A stretch of 64,000 bases of DNA from a virus. Lineage: Duplodnaviria; Caudoviricetes. The stretch covers positions 294 through 64,293 of IMG/VR virus record IMGVR_UViG_3300027857_000018; one strand, written 5' to 3'. A program made the position numbers and the translations under genes. This document shows positions 49,216-58,019 of the stretch, in pieces. Position 1 is the stretch's first letter, and the number at the start of each line of letters is the position of its first letter. The notes under the pieces were generated by a model. That model was not told the DNA's origin. It saw only the letters and a list, made by a program, of their open reading frames with translations, and ran no database searches.

Positions 49216-50031
49216 TCAATCGTCCTCGTTCAGCCGATCCGGAACCGCGATCTGCACCGGCCCGAACGACTCGTGCTGGCATAGCCAGCCCAGCGCGAAG
49301 TCGCCGCGCACATAATGCGCGCGGTCGAGCTCCGCGATGATGCGCTCGTCGGACGCCTTGCCACGCTCCACGAAGATCATCGGCCGGAAGCGTTCGATGA
49401 TCTGCCGCGCCCCACGGAGTGCCTCGGCCTCCATGCCCTCCACGTCGATCTTGATGAAATCGCAGCGCGTCAACCCGAGATCATCAATCGCGATCATTGG
49501 CGTGCGGATCGTCAGCTTCTCATAATCGATCGGCTGCCCGATGTCCTCCGTCTTGCCGTCGGCGCGTGGCCGGAGCTCGAAAGAGCCGAGCGAGCCGGCC
49601 TTTGAGTAGTCGATCTCCGGTATGCTCATCGTGCCACTGCGGTTTGCGATGGCACCGTAGAAGGCCGTCACGTTGAACAGGTTGTTGAGCGCGATGTTGC
49701 CGCAGAGTGCATAGAATAGCCGCAACTGCGCCTCGACTGCGACGACGCTGCCCCACTTCGTCATCGCCCGCGCCATGACCGTCGTCATGATGCCGATGTT
49801 CGCGCCGCAGTCCACCACCACCACGCCGTTGCCGTTGCGCTTGCGCAAGCCGCGCAGCATCTCGACGACAATCTCCATCTCCTTCGCGTCGCATTCCCCG
49901 GTGTAGAGCACCTGAAACCCGACGCCGAAGCCGTAGTCTTCCTCGATTTCCTTCATGTCGAGATGGGAGACGATGAACGTGCCCTGGTTTGTGGCGGCGA
50001 GGACGAAGGGAAGGGAGCGCTGGGGAGGCAT
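49216..50031 (-). CDS. FkbM-family SAM methyltransferase
   Basis: VDCGANIG, IKIDVEGMEAEALRGA; TAATG-coupled start MPPQRS. Confidence 0.9.
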   Translation of the reverse strand: MPPQRSLPFVLAATNQGTFIVSHLDMKEIEEDYGFGVGFQVLYTGECDAKEMEIVVEMLRGLRKRNGNGVVVVDCGANIGIMTTVMARAMTKWGSVVAVEAQLRLFYALCGNIALNNLFNVTAFYGAIANRSGTMSIPEIDYSKAGSLGSFELRPRADGKTEDIGQPIDYEKLTIRTPMIAIDDLGLTRCDFIKIDVEGMEAEALRGARQIIERFRPMIFVERGKASDERIIAELDRAHYVRGDFALGWLCQHESFGPVQIAVPDRLNEDD

Positions 50032-51629
50032 TAGTCGGCGGCCTCGGCCACGATCTTCTTCTCCCTCTCCACCCGCGCCAGCACCTTCCCGATTACGTCC
50101 AGCATCAGCTTCGGCGCTACCCCCGACGCGCACAGCGCCGCTTTCGTCTCCGCATGCTGGTTGCAACGCGACCAATCGTAATGCAGCCGATGGCATGGAT
50201 AGCACGGCGCCATCTCGGGATCAGGCTGCAGCACAAGCGTCCGCTTCCAGTGCTTCGTGAGGTTCTCGTGCGATGAGTGCGAAAGGTAGATGACCTTCCA
50301 CACATTCTCAAAGGCCATTGCGTTGAGGATGCCTGTTTCGGGACCGACAACCACGTCCGCCATCAGCCCGAAGGTGAGACTCTCCCGCACCGTCTGCTGG
50401 CCGCAGAGCCCGTGCAGCCGAGATGTGTCGAAGCCGTCCGCACGGATGCGTTTCAGCAGCCCTTCCTGAATCGGCAGGCTTTGGATCTTGTCGCCGCAGA
50501 GCACGACATGGACATCGCCGCGCTCCATCAGCCACGCAATGACGGCTTGCGGATAACCGTAGATCTTGTGGGGACTCGATCCATTGATCGCCCAATAGAC
50601 CACGTACCCATCCATCGTGTCTCGGAGCGCCCGGGCCGAGGCCAGTTCCTCGGCGGTCGGATAGAATTTCGGCGCGAAATCATGCGGAACACCCGCCAGG
50701 TCATGCGTGCGTTCCAGGTAGTTGACGGTCCCCATCACCTTGCGCCGCACCAGCGGCGGCATCATGTCCTCGCGCCGTGTCGGCAGCGCCAGCAGCGATC
50801 CCTCGATGCTTTCGCAAAGATTGATGAACAGGTCATAGCGCTGCGACAGCGCATGCCAGTAGGGGCCGAGCTGCTCGTTGGGCACGTAGCCCGTCGCCTG
50901 GATCACCCACTCGTCGATGTGCGGGTCATGCCGCAGGATGTCCTGACCGCTTGGCGTGGTATTGTAAGTGACGTGGTAGCCCTGCGCCTTGAGCGCCGGC
51001 AGGATGGACGATGCGATGATCTGGTCGCCGATGGCGCCGTACCGCACGATGATGGCGCGTTTCTTGCCGTCTGGGTTGCGTTGCCAGAGATTTTCTGACC
51101 AACCAGCCTCCGTCTTACGCGCGACGATGAACAGGCTGTATTCGTCGCGTTCTTCGCGTTCCTCGGATTCGATGAGTTCCCAGCCAAGGCCCGTCATCCC
51201 ACGCAGGATCTTATCGATCTCCCCCGGAAAGATATCCCACTGATGCGCCGTGTTCGCGCCTTCTTCCCCGATACGCGGATAGAGATTGGCGCTCGGCACA
51301 TAGAGCACGAGATACCCGCCGACCTTGAGCACGCGCGCCCATTCCGCCAGCACAGCCGGCACGCGTTCGCGCTCGATGTCCTCCAGCGCATGCGACGAGA
51401 ACACCGCGTCCATCGTCCCGTCCTGGAACAGCGACAGGTCGGTGATGTCGCCGCGGATGCCCTGTGTGTTTTCTCCGAACGCCGAGCCGTTGTCGATGCC
51501 GATCACATTCGGCCAGACGGGCGCCATACCGCAGCCGAGATCGAGGACGCGACCTTGCAGGTAGTGGATGGCTGCCGCGGCAATTTTTGCCGATTCGAAG
51601 CCCTTGGATGTCTCGACCGACCAGACCAC
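50031..51629 (-). CDS. SAM-methyltransferase plus GT9-like glycosyltransferase fusion
   Basis: VLDLGCG, FSSHALED, VLKVGGYL; then IVRYGAIGD, HKIY, DVVVGPETG..N, PCYPCH. Confidence 0.88.
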   Translation of the reverse strand: MVWSVETSKGFESAKIAAAAIHYLQGRVLDLGCGMAPVWPNVIGIDNGSAFGENTQGIRGDITDLSLFQDGTMDAVFSSHALEDIERERVPAVLAEWARVLKVGGYLVLYVPSANLYPRIGEEGANTAHQWDIFPGEIDKILRGMTGLGWELIESEEREERDEYSLFIVARKTEAGWSENLWQRNPDGKKRAIIVRYGAIGDQIIASSILPALKAQGYHVTYNTTPSGQDILRHDPHIDEWVIQATGYVPNEQLGPYWHALSQRYDLFINLCESIEGSLLALPTRREDMMPPLVRRKVMGTVNYLERTHDLAGVPHDFAPKFYPTAEELASARALRDTMDGYVVYWAINGSSPHKIYGYPQAVIAWLMERGDVHVVLCGDKIQSLPIQEGLLKRIRADGFDTSRLHGLCGQQTVRESLTFGLMADVVVGPETGILNAMAFENVWKVIYLSHSSHENLTKHWKRTLVLQPDPEMAPCYPCHRLHYDWSRCNQHAETKAALCASGVAPKLMLDVIGKVLARVEREKKIVAEAAD

Positions 51630-51925
51630 TATCGCTGCCCCCGCAGAAACTTCTTCGCCGCTTCAACGCCATGCCACGTCTCGCCGTAGCTCTCGACCAG
51701 CGCCCGCAAGGCATTCCCGTCCATGGCCTTGAGTTCATCCTCCGCCGCTTCCTGGGGAACCGGCTCTTCCTCCACCTCCATCGCATCGAGCGGCTCGCCG
51801 TGCATGTTATAGGCGATGCCGTCCTGTTCGAGCGTCGTCGCAGGACCGCCATAGGTCGTGGCATAGTCCCGTGAGAAGTCGAGGCGGCGATTGCTCGCCG
51901 CCCCCTGCTTGAGTGCCAGCGCCAT
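51629..51925 (-). CDS. Hypothetical head-module protein
   Basis: Coupled start/stop. Confidence 0.6.
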   Translation of the reverse strand: MALALKQGAASNRRLDFSRDYATTYGGPATTLEQDGIAYNMHGEPLDAMEVEEEPVPQEAAEDELKAMDGNALRALVESYGETWHGVEAAKKFLRGQR

Positions 51926-52176
51926 CAGTCGCGCTCTCCGATCACCCGTCCATACGTGCAGTACCCCCGGAGCAAGTCAGCCTTCGATACGTCGGTCCCG
52001 CCATCCGAGAGCGTCGTGTCAAGCGGATAGCCCGGATCGTAGGACGCGTCGGCCACGCGGCAGGCCATGCCTTGGCCTCCGCGCATGTCGATGGGACGCT
52101 CGCCCTCCACGTCGCCTCCCTGTGGCCGCCCCGGCGGGCAGCACATGGAGTCTTCCCGTTCCTCGCGCCGGCTCAT
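51925..52176 (-). CDS. Hypothetical head-module protein
   Basis: Coupled; ADLLRGYC motif. Confidence 0.55.
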   Translation of the reverse strand: MSRREEREDSMCCPPGRPQGGDVEGERPIDMRGGQGMACRVADASYDPGYPLDTTLSDGGTDVSKADLLRGYCTYGRVIGERD

Positions 52177-52511
52177 TCGCGAGCCTCCCGACGCGAGCGT
52201 GCCGGCGCTGGAGGCGCCGCGGGCTTCTCGCGCCCGGCCTCCATCGCCGATTTGGCCCGCGGGCGCGTGCTGATCTCGTCGCGCTCCACTTCGTCCTCGG
52301 GACCGCCATGAGCGGACAGATGACCCTTCTCGCCGGTCACATAGCCGCCATCACCGAACTGCATCGTGTACGGATCCCAGTCCGGGCCGCCGCTGTCGTC
52401 CCGCGCAATCAGCTCATCATCGGGAATCAGCTTCGGCTTGATGTAGGCGGCATCTCCGCCGGCCCGGTAGCCATCCTGGTTGCGGAGGCTTCTCCGCTCT
52501 TCGCGTGCCAT
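52173..52511 (-). CDS. Hypothetical head-module protein
   Basis: Coupled. Confidence 0.55.
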   Translation of the reverse strand: MAREERRSLRNQDGYRAGGDAAYIKPKLIPDDELIARDDSGGPDWDPYTMQFGDGGYVTGEKGHLSAHGGPEDEVERDEISTRPRAKSAMEAGREKPAAPPAPARSRREARE

Positions 52512-52512
52512 T

Positions 52513-52971
52513 CTAGCCCCTTTCGGTTGGAATACGCGGCCGGGTCAGAAACCCGCGCGCTTCCCGGTTGCGGGAGCGGAACTCCCAATCGCGCTTCAGA
52601 CGATCGGCATTCCCCAAGTCCTCATCGGGATGCCGCGGCTGGCTGCTGCGCTCGACGTAGTTGCCCTTGTCATAAGCCGGATCTTCCGTGATGCCAGGGT
52701 CGCAATATCCCCGGATCACGTCCGCTTCGTCGATCCCGAACCCGTGCGCCTGGCGTTCGATGGCGGGGTTGTACCCGCCATCATACTCGGTTACGACCCC
52801 GCGGGGATTCGGGTACTGCTTGTCGTCGGACGTGTAGCTGCCCAGCAGGCCTTTGTCCCCGTAGCCGCGGTTGCCGCGATCGCCGCGCGGCACCTGTCGG
52901 AAGGTGCTCCGCTCCTCGTCCCGTTCGATCGGGCCGAAGATCGGAATCTGGCCGATGAACGCAACCATCAC
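52513..52971 (-). CDS. Hypothetical head-module protein
   Basis: Coupled; ADVIRGYC motif. Confidence 0.6.
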   Translation of the reverse strand: MMVAFIGQIPIFGPIERDEERSTFRQVPRGDRGNRGYGDKGLLGSYTSDDKQYPNPRGVVTEYDGGYNPAIERQAHGFGIDEADVIRGYCDPGITEDPAYDKGNYVERSSQPRHPDEDLGNADRLKRDWEFRSRNREARGFLTRPRIPTERG

Positions 52972-53366
52972 GGATTCCCCGAGAACGTCGCTGCCGGATC
53001 AACGTGCGCTTCGAAGATGATCACCTCCTGGCCCGCTGCATCCGCGCCCGACACCACGCCGAACGTCGAACCCGCCGCAAGCGTCAGATTCAGGTCGGCA
53101 ATGTTCACGATCGAGCCGACCGCGAGGGCCGACGTGATCGTGTATTTGCCGATCGATGTGGTGCCGCTGTAGTACGTATACGTGCCGGCGGCCGTGCTGA
53201 CTTTCGTCACCAGCACGCTCGCCGAACGCAGCCGCATCGCCGACACGCCGGAAGGGGGCGCGTAGGCATAGTACGTCGTCGTCGCAGCCCCACCGATCAG
53301 CGGCGATGTGATCGACATCCGCTGCAGGTAGGCGGGGTGGCCATAGTCGCCTTGTGCCGTTGCCAT
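52968..53366 (-). CDS. Putative capsid decoration / minor capsid protein
   Basis: Beta-rich, 132 aa, directly after the MCP stop with RBS. Confidence 0.65.
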   Translation of the reverse strand: MATAQGDYGHPAYLQRMSITSPLIGGAATTTYYAYAPPSGVSAMRLRSASVLVTKVSTAAGTYTYYSGTTSIGKYTITSALAVGSIVNIADLNLTLAAGSTFGVVSGADAAGQEVIIFEAHVDPAATFSGNP

Positions 53367-53378
53367 GTCCGTGTCCCC

Positions 53379-56300
53379 TTATGCCGCGCTCGCCCACTGC
53401 ACGATACGGGCCTGCTTGGCCTGTGTCTGCGTGAGGGCAAACCCACCCAAATAGTTGATATTGTTCACTAAAGCTCGCTAGGCTCTAGCCGCCGTTGCCA
53501 GCAGCTCATGGTTTCCCATGAGTCCAGACCATATCATCACCGGTTGCCCAGTGCTGTGCGCTTCCGGCCGCTTGGCCGTACTCCCCGAAGGGATGGTCGT
53601 TGCTCCTTCCCTCTTGCGAGGGCTCGGATCAGGATTGCCGGCGGCCTTACCCGCTGCGGTGTTCCCTGAGTTCACACAGTTTATAACGCGAGGCCTACTT
53701 AGGTTAACCACGCGATACCTTTGTTCCGACCATAGTCGGATGGGATAGCCTGTTTATTCACCGCTCTTCGCTGCGTAGCGGCCGTGCTTGAAGTTTCCGT
53801 GCCGTGTATTCGTCGGGCCGCCGGCAGCTTGCCTGCGGATTCCTTTGACGATCCGTCCCACCTGAGCCCGGGACAGGCCGAACATCTTCGCGACCACATA
53901 TTGCTGGTGCCCGTTCGCGACGAAGTGGCGGATTTCTGCCACGGTCTCGTCGGTCACTTTGCATTGGCCGTTTCGTTCGCCGGGGCAATGCCGGTCCTTG
54001 GCAACCATATCGGCCAAGTTATCGGCATGCGTTCCGAGGAACAGATGTTTCGGGCGCACACATGCATGGTTATCGCAGGTATGGCAGACTTCCAACCCAC
54101 GAGGAATGACGCCTTTGGCGAGAAGGTAGGAAACGCGATGAGCATACACTGGCATGGAACCCCATACCGCATGCACCCTCAACTGTCCGTATCCGTGACT
54201 CTTGCCTTTGGTCCATTCCCAGCAATCGTCGTCCTCCTCTGACGATCTGCTGAAACCAGATTCAAACACCTCAAGCACCGCTGCGGCTTTCACCGCAGAT
54301 TGGACTATATCTTCACCCCAGATCGCTTTGGGGGCTGGGCGCTTCCGCGGGGCTTCCCGCGTACTCGCTTGCGCGATAGTCTCTGAACCTTCCGGCATAT
54401 CCGAACCGGCTTGGCTGCTGATTGCCATATCGTGATTACCTCCGAAGACTGAGGCAACTTACCACGACTTAGGGTTTCCAGCAATTCACCCAGTGAATTC
54501 CCTAGCTCGAAGGCTAGGCTGCGAGGCGCCATCCACCACGCATCTCTTCAGGCACGACCAGTGCTTCGGCGACCGTGTCTTCCATAATCTTCGCGCCGGA
54601 TCGCAACTCCGACACCGCTTTCGCTGCTTACGGTTTCCCGTAAGATGGGACTATATCATGATCTCTGCGGAACGTCCACGGAGACCCTTCGCGCTTCGGG
54701 GGAGCATTCCCCCTACGGCCTTTCGGCCTAGTCTCTGGACCTTCCCCTTGCGGGGCTTGGCTGCTGATTGGCATAGGCCCGGTCAAAGCCCTTAGCTTTC
54801 CAGCAATTCACGAAGTTTTCAGTGCATCGTCGCCGATGCATGCGGCAAAGTTTTACCGAAGAAGAAAGCATTATCGCTTAGTCCATTCGTCCAGGCCGTA
54901 AAGTTAGTCGCGACCTGATAGGCACCGGAGCCGTAGTTTCCTTTCGGCACGTTCGTCTGTTCGATGAACCGCACGCCTTCGAACTTGCCGATTTCGCCGT
55001 TGTAGATCATCTGGAAGCCTTCGTCGCGGTATTGGTAGACGCTTTCCAGATCGTTCTTGACAGGACGCCACGTCGACGGCCACGCAATTCCGAAATACTC
55101 ATCCCCTGCATACGGGGGTATGTTCCTTTCTTTCATTGCGTCCACGATACTTTTGATATGGTTCTTGCGAAGATTGACGTTGTTCGTCGAGGTCGCAGTC
55201 CCATTGGTCGTCAGCGTGATCAGCGTCGTGTCGGTGCCGGCGGATGCCACCACCTTGAGCGGGGTGCTGTAGAACTGGTACCATGCTTGGCTGTCGAGGG
55301 CCTTTTTGGCGTCGTTCTTGAGCACTTTGTTGATTATTTCCTGTACTGGATGTTTGGACAAGTTGTCCAAGAAGCCAGTGTAAGGAACGGCGTTGCCCAA
55401 CTCAAGAACAGTTCCAGTTCCTTGAGCTATCGTGAAATTCGTTTGGGGCAGCGTCGAAGTCTCGGTAAGCGTCGTGCCTCCTGTTGCTACGTCGTTGTAG
55501 ACGTTCCAGGTGAACAACTGCGTCATGTTCATGCAGGATCGCTAATCCTGCACCGCTTTTAGCAGCTCACGGTTTCCCGCGAGACCAGATCATATCATGA
55601 CCCCATGAGGGCCCGGTGCGCTTCGGGGCGCTTGCCCCTACTCCCTTCCGGGATGATCGTTGAACCACTCGCCTGTCGGCCAAATGGCTGCTGATTGCCC
55701 AATCCTCACACTTTTCAGGCCATCGCGGCCGCCGTTGCCGGCCACGCTGTGGCAGTGAGGCTCTAAGGGTTTCCCAGCAATTCACACCGTTTGCACCGTG
55801 TCTTTCAACGCGGTGGGGCTAGATGTTAACCCTTGTGAAGTCCCTTGTCGGTGAAGTCTTTCGCATCCGTTGCTGTTACTTCGCCGCGTCACCTACGCGG
55901 GTCCAGACCCTTCCGGGCGGGGCGGCATTTCTGCCGCCCTCTCATACTCTCGCATGAGACCAGAGCACATCATGGCGCGATCGGTTCGAGCGCTTTGCGT
56001 GCGCTCTTGCCTCTCTCACCTCTCGCGTATGCTCGTTGAGGAACTCGGCGAGGCGATCGACTGTCTTGGATTTGGTAAGCCGTAGGAACTCCAGGATCAG
56101 ATCGACGTCTGCTTGCGTGTAGCACGTATTGTTGCGCTTTCCCTCGGTGCGGGAGCGCTCCATGCGGAGTTCGATCAGCCGAAGGAGGATCTTCCCTCTC
56201 TCGACCTTCTCTGTGCTGGCCAGCCTCGGCAGCATGATCGTCAGGAAGCGTTGCAGGTTGGTTGTCGTCGAAACGTGGATGAGTTTGATCATCCGGCCCG

Positions 56301-56747
56301 TCTCGCAGCCATACCGCTTGCTGACTTGCTGCTGCACGTGGAAGCCAACTCCGATTTCCTGCATCGTAGTGATGATCCGCTCGACGATTCCCTCGTCGGT
56401 ATTGCCGATCGTCGCACGCGCCTGAAGCCGGAACCCTCCGCGCTTTCGCTGCGGGAACACCATGAGAGCGATACAGCCCTCGCCGTCCATGATGCCTGCA
56501 AGCCACGAAAGCCTAGCTACTAAGCCGATTTCCTGCTGGTTGTCTGTATTCACCGGATTGTTCCTTATCAGGACCGGGACCTTACCAGATGTTCCAGCAT
56601 ATAGCGAGATTTTAGTTCTGCCTTGCGATGTTAACAGAACTGGCGAAACTTGCAGAGCGGCTGCACCGCCGTCCGCAAAATATCTGACAATTCGAGACTG
56701 TACATGTAGCCGCCAAGACTATTGACGGCCCAGAGTTGGCCAGCCAT
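53379..56747 (-). CDS. Major capsid protein (N4-gp56-like), spliced: join(56747..56634, 55867..55829, 55520..54855, 54582..54535, 53749..53707, 53455..53379), 328 aa
   Basis: Exons join in frame to MAGQLWAVNSLGGYMYS...KFRQFC|DAKDFTDKGLHKG|QLFTWNVY...GEIGKFEGVRFIE...AFFFG|EDTVAEALVVPEEMRG|AIPSDYGRNKGIAWY|YLGGF...WASAA*; follows the scaffold. Confidence 0.9.
53456..53706 (-). ncRNA. Group I intron 5 of MCP (251 nt, no ORF, apparent omega-A)
   Basis: P1 CGCGUGGU/GCCUCGCG with U-G; P4 CUCAGG/CCUGA; P7 GACCA/UGGUC; P7.1-7.2; P9 CAUGG-GAAA-CCAUG. Confidence 0.85.
53750..54534 (-). ncRNA. Group I intron 4 of MCP (785 nt, HNH-encoding)
   Basis: P1 UGCGUGGU/GCCUCGCA; AAUUGCUGGAAAC, AAUCAGCAG, UUCAGAGACUA, GAAGAUAUAGUCC consensus elements; ends AAACAG. 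Confidence 0.9.
53754..54428 (-). CDS. Intron-encoded HNH homing endonuclease
   Basis: CWEW...GYG...AHRVSY...CHTCDNHACVRPKHLFLGTHADN plus C-terminal HTH; start uncertain. Confidence 0.88.
   Translation of the reverse strand: MAISSQAGSDMPEGSETIAQASTREAPRKRPAPKAIWGEDIVQSAVKAAAVLEVFESGFSRSSEEDDDCWEWTKGKSHGYGQLRVHAVWGSMPVYAHRVSYLLAKGVIPRGLEVCHTCDNHACVRPKHLFLGTHADNLADMVAKDRHCPGERNGQCKVTDETVAEIRHFVANGHQQYVVAKMFGLSRAQVGRIVKGIRRQAAGGPTNTRHGNFKHGRYAAKSGE
54583..54854 (-). ncRNA. Group I intron 3 of MCP (272 nt, no ORF)
   Basis: P1 CGGU/GCCG; GAAUUGCUGGAAAG, AAUCAGCAG, CCAGAGACUA, GAUAUAGUCC; ends GAUUAUG. Confidence 0.9.
55521..55828 (-). ncRNA. Group I intron 2 of MCP (308 nt, no ORF)
   Basis: P1 GGGU/GCCC; GAAUUGCUGGGAA, AAUCAGCAG, UUCAACGAUCA, GAUAUGAUCU; ends CAUGACG (alternative in-frame G at 55524). 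Confidence 0.88.
55868..56633 (-). ncRNA. Group I intron 1 of MCP (766 nt, LAGLIDADG-encoding)
   Basis: P1 AGUUCUGU/GCAGAACU; AUGCUGG/CCAGCAG; UCAACGAGCA/GAUGUGCUCU; P3 UCUCGC/GCGAGA; ends CAACG. Confidence 0.9.
55942..56553 (-). CDS. Intron-encoded single-motif LAGLIDADG homing endonuclease
   Basis: WLAGIMDGEGCI motif, IGNTD; GTG start after AAGGA. Confidence 0.88.
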   Translation of the reverse strand: MNTDNQQEIGLVARLSWLAGIMDGEGCIALMVFPQRKRGGFRLQARATIGNTDEGIVERIITTMQEIGVGFHVQQQVSKRYGCETGRMIKLIHVSTTTNLQRFLTIMLPRLASTEKVERGKILLRLIELRMERSRTEGKRNNTCYTQADVDLILEFLRLTKSKTVDRLAEFLNEHTREVREARAHAKRSNRSRHDVLWSHARV

Positions 56748-56758
56748 TACTTAGCCCT

Positions 56759-57835
56759 TTATCTCATAGGCGCCAGTCCCCTCGCCTTCCGCATCTGCTC
56801 GACAATCTCCGAACTGGTCGGATACTGCCGGGTCGGTGCTGAGACGGCGCGACGATCGGCGGCCTGTGGGAGCGATGGAGCCGCACGCTTGCGTTCCAGC
56901 CGCGAGGGCTGCGCTGCCTGTGGGGCGGGTGTACCGTCCGGTGCCGGCTGAGACTGCGGTGGGACGAGACCGAGCTCGTCGCGCACGGTGCGTGCAGCCT
57001 CCCGATACAAATCCAGGTCGGATCGGAATACGCCCATCGCCGCGTCGCGCTTGCGCAGGTCGCCGAGGGCGAGCGCTGCAAGCTGGGAGCGGCGGTTATG
57101 GGCGGGTGTGAAGTCGTCGGGGCTGCCGAAGATCTCGGGGAACTCGGCGCCGACGGTCGCGAGGTTGTTCTGCAGGTCGATAGCCTGCCGCGTCTGCTGG
57201 ACGGCGGCGCGGATGATGGCGTTGGGATCGACCTGCGGCGTGGGAGCGACGCGGGAGACCGCCGTCTCAACGATACGCTGGATGGCCTTGGCGTTGGTTG
57301 TCTCATCGCCGTAGACGAGATCGCGCGCAAGGGCCTTAGCCTCGTCTTCGGCGAGGATCGGGCCGCGGGGTGGGGGCTGCGGGACGGGCGGGGGCGTCTG
57401 ACGGGGCTGCGTCTGCTGCCGCTGGAACTCCTGCACTGCCTTGCGGGCCACCAACCCATCGCGAGCGAGCTGGGCGGCCTGCTCGGGCGTGAAGTGGATG
57501 CCGTCGATGACGATGGTCTGCGGGGCTGCTGGTGTAGGCTTCGGTGGCTCAACCGCAGGCTTGGGGGCATCTGCGGGAGCTGCCGTTTCCAGCGCCCTCC
57601 GCGCCTCTTCTGTCGCGCGCTCTTCGGCCGCTGCGGCTTCTTCGGGGTCTGGCGTCGTCGCTTCCTGACCGTAGGCCAGTTCCAGCGCCCGGGCGCGCTC
57701 GCGGTTCTCGACGATCGACATCATCGCCTGTTCGCGCGCGGAAAGCTGGCGCTCGGCGGGGGCTTCGGTTGTCTCGGCCGGCGGCGCAGGCGGCAGGGTC
57801 GTGTCGGGAGGCAATTCCAGGACGGTGTCACTCAT
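56759..57835 (-). CDS. Capsid scaffolding protein
   Basis: Acidic/Pro-rich helical protein directly upstream of the MCP; C-terminal SEIVEQMRKARG. Confidence 0.8.
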   Translation of the reverse strand: MSDTVLELPPDTTLPPAPPAETTEAPAERQLSAREQAMMSIVENRERARALELAYGQEATTPDPEEAAAAEERATEEARRALETAAPADAPKPAVEPPKPTPAAPQTIVIDGIHFTPEQAAQLARDGLVARKAVQEFQRQQTQPRQTPPPVPQPPPRGPILAEDEAKALARDLVYGDETTNAKAIQRIVETAVSRVAPTPQVDPNAIIRAAVQQTRQAIDLQNNLATVGAEFPEIFGSPDDFTPAHNRRSQLAALALGDLRKRDAAMGVFRSDLDLYREAARTVRDELGLVPPQSQPAPDGTPAPQAAQPSRLERKRAAPSLPQAADRRAVSAPTRQYPTSSEIVEQMRKARGLAPMR

Positions 57836-58019
57836 TCGGCAGTTTCCTCAACGTCTCGCGCAGAATGAACCAATGGTTCTGAATGCCGCGCTTTGCATTC
57901 CCGATCTGTTCGGCGTCGGCCATGTCAGGGAAGTGCGGCGCAGAAAGCTTGATGACGCATTCCTTAATGATATCCATCGCCTCTTCGAGATTCTGACGCT
58001 CCGTTCGCGTCTCACTCAT
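57828..58019 (-). CDS. Hypothetical protein
   Basis: Overlapping neighbours. Confidence 0.55.
   Translation of the reverse strand: MSETRTERQNLEEAMDIIKECVIKLSAPHFPDMADAEQIGNAKRGIQNHWFILRETLRKLPNE

Noticed and set aside
54819-55532. Stand-alone 237-aa capsid protein as given in the ORF track
   Set aside because: Its first 4 and last 11 residues are intron sequence; it is exon 3 of the spliced gene.
53456-56633. Inteins, group II introns or pseudogene decay as the explanation for the MCP breaks
   Set aside because: Inserts contain in-frame stops (not inteins), lack GUGYG/AY ends and an RT, and have group I P1/P4/P7 elements with intact exon frames.
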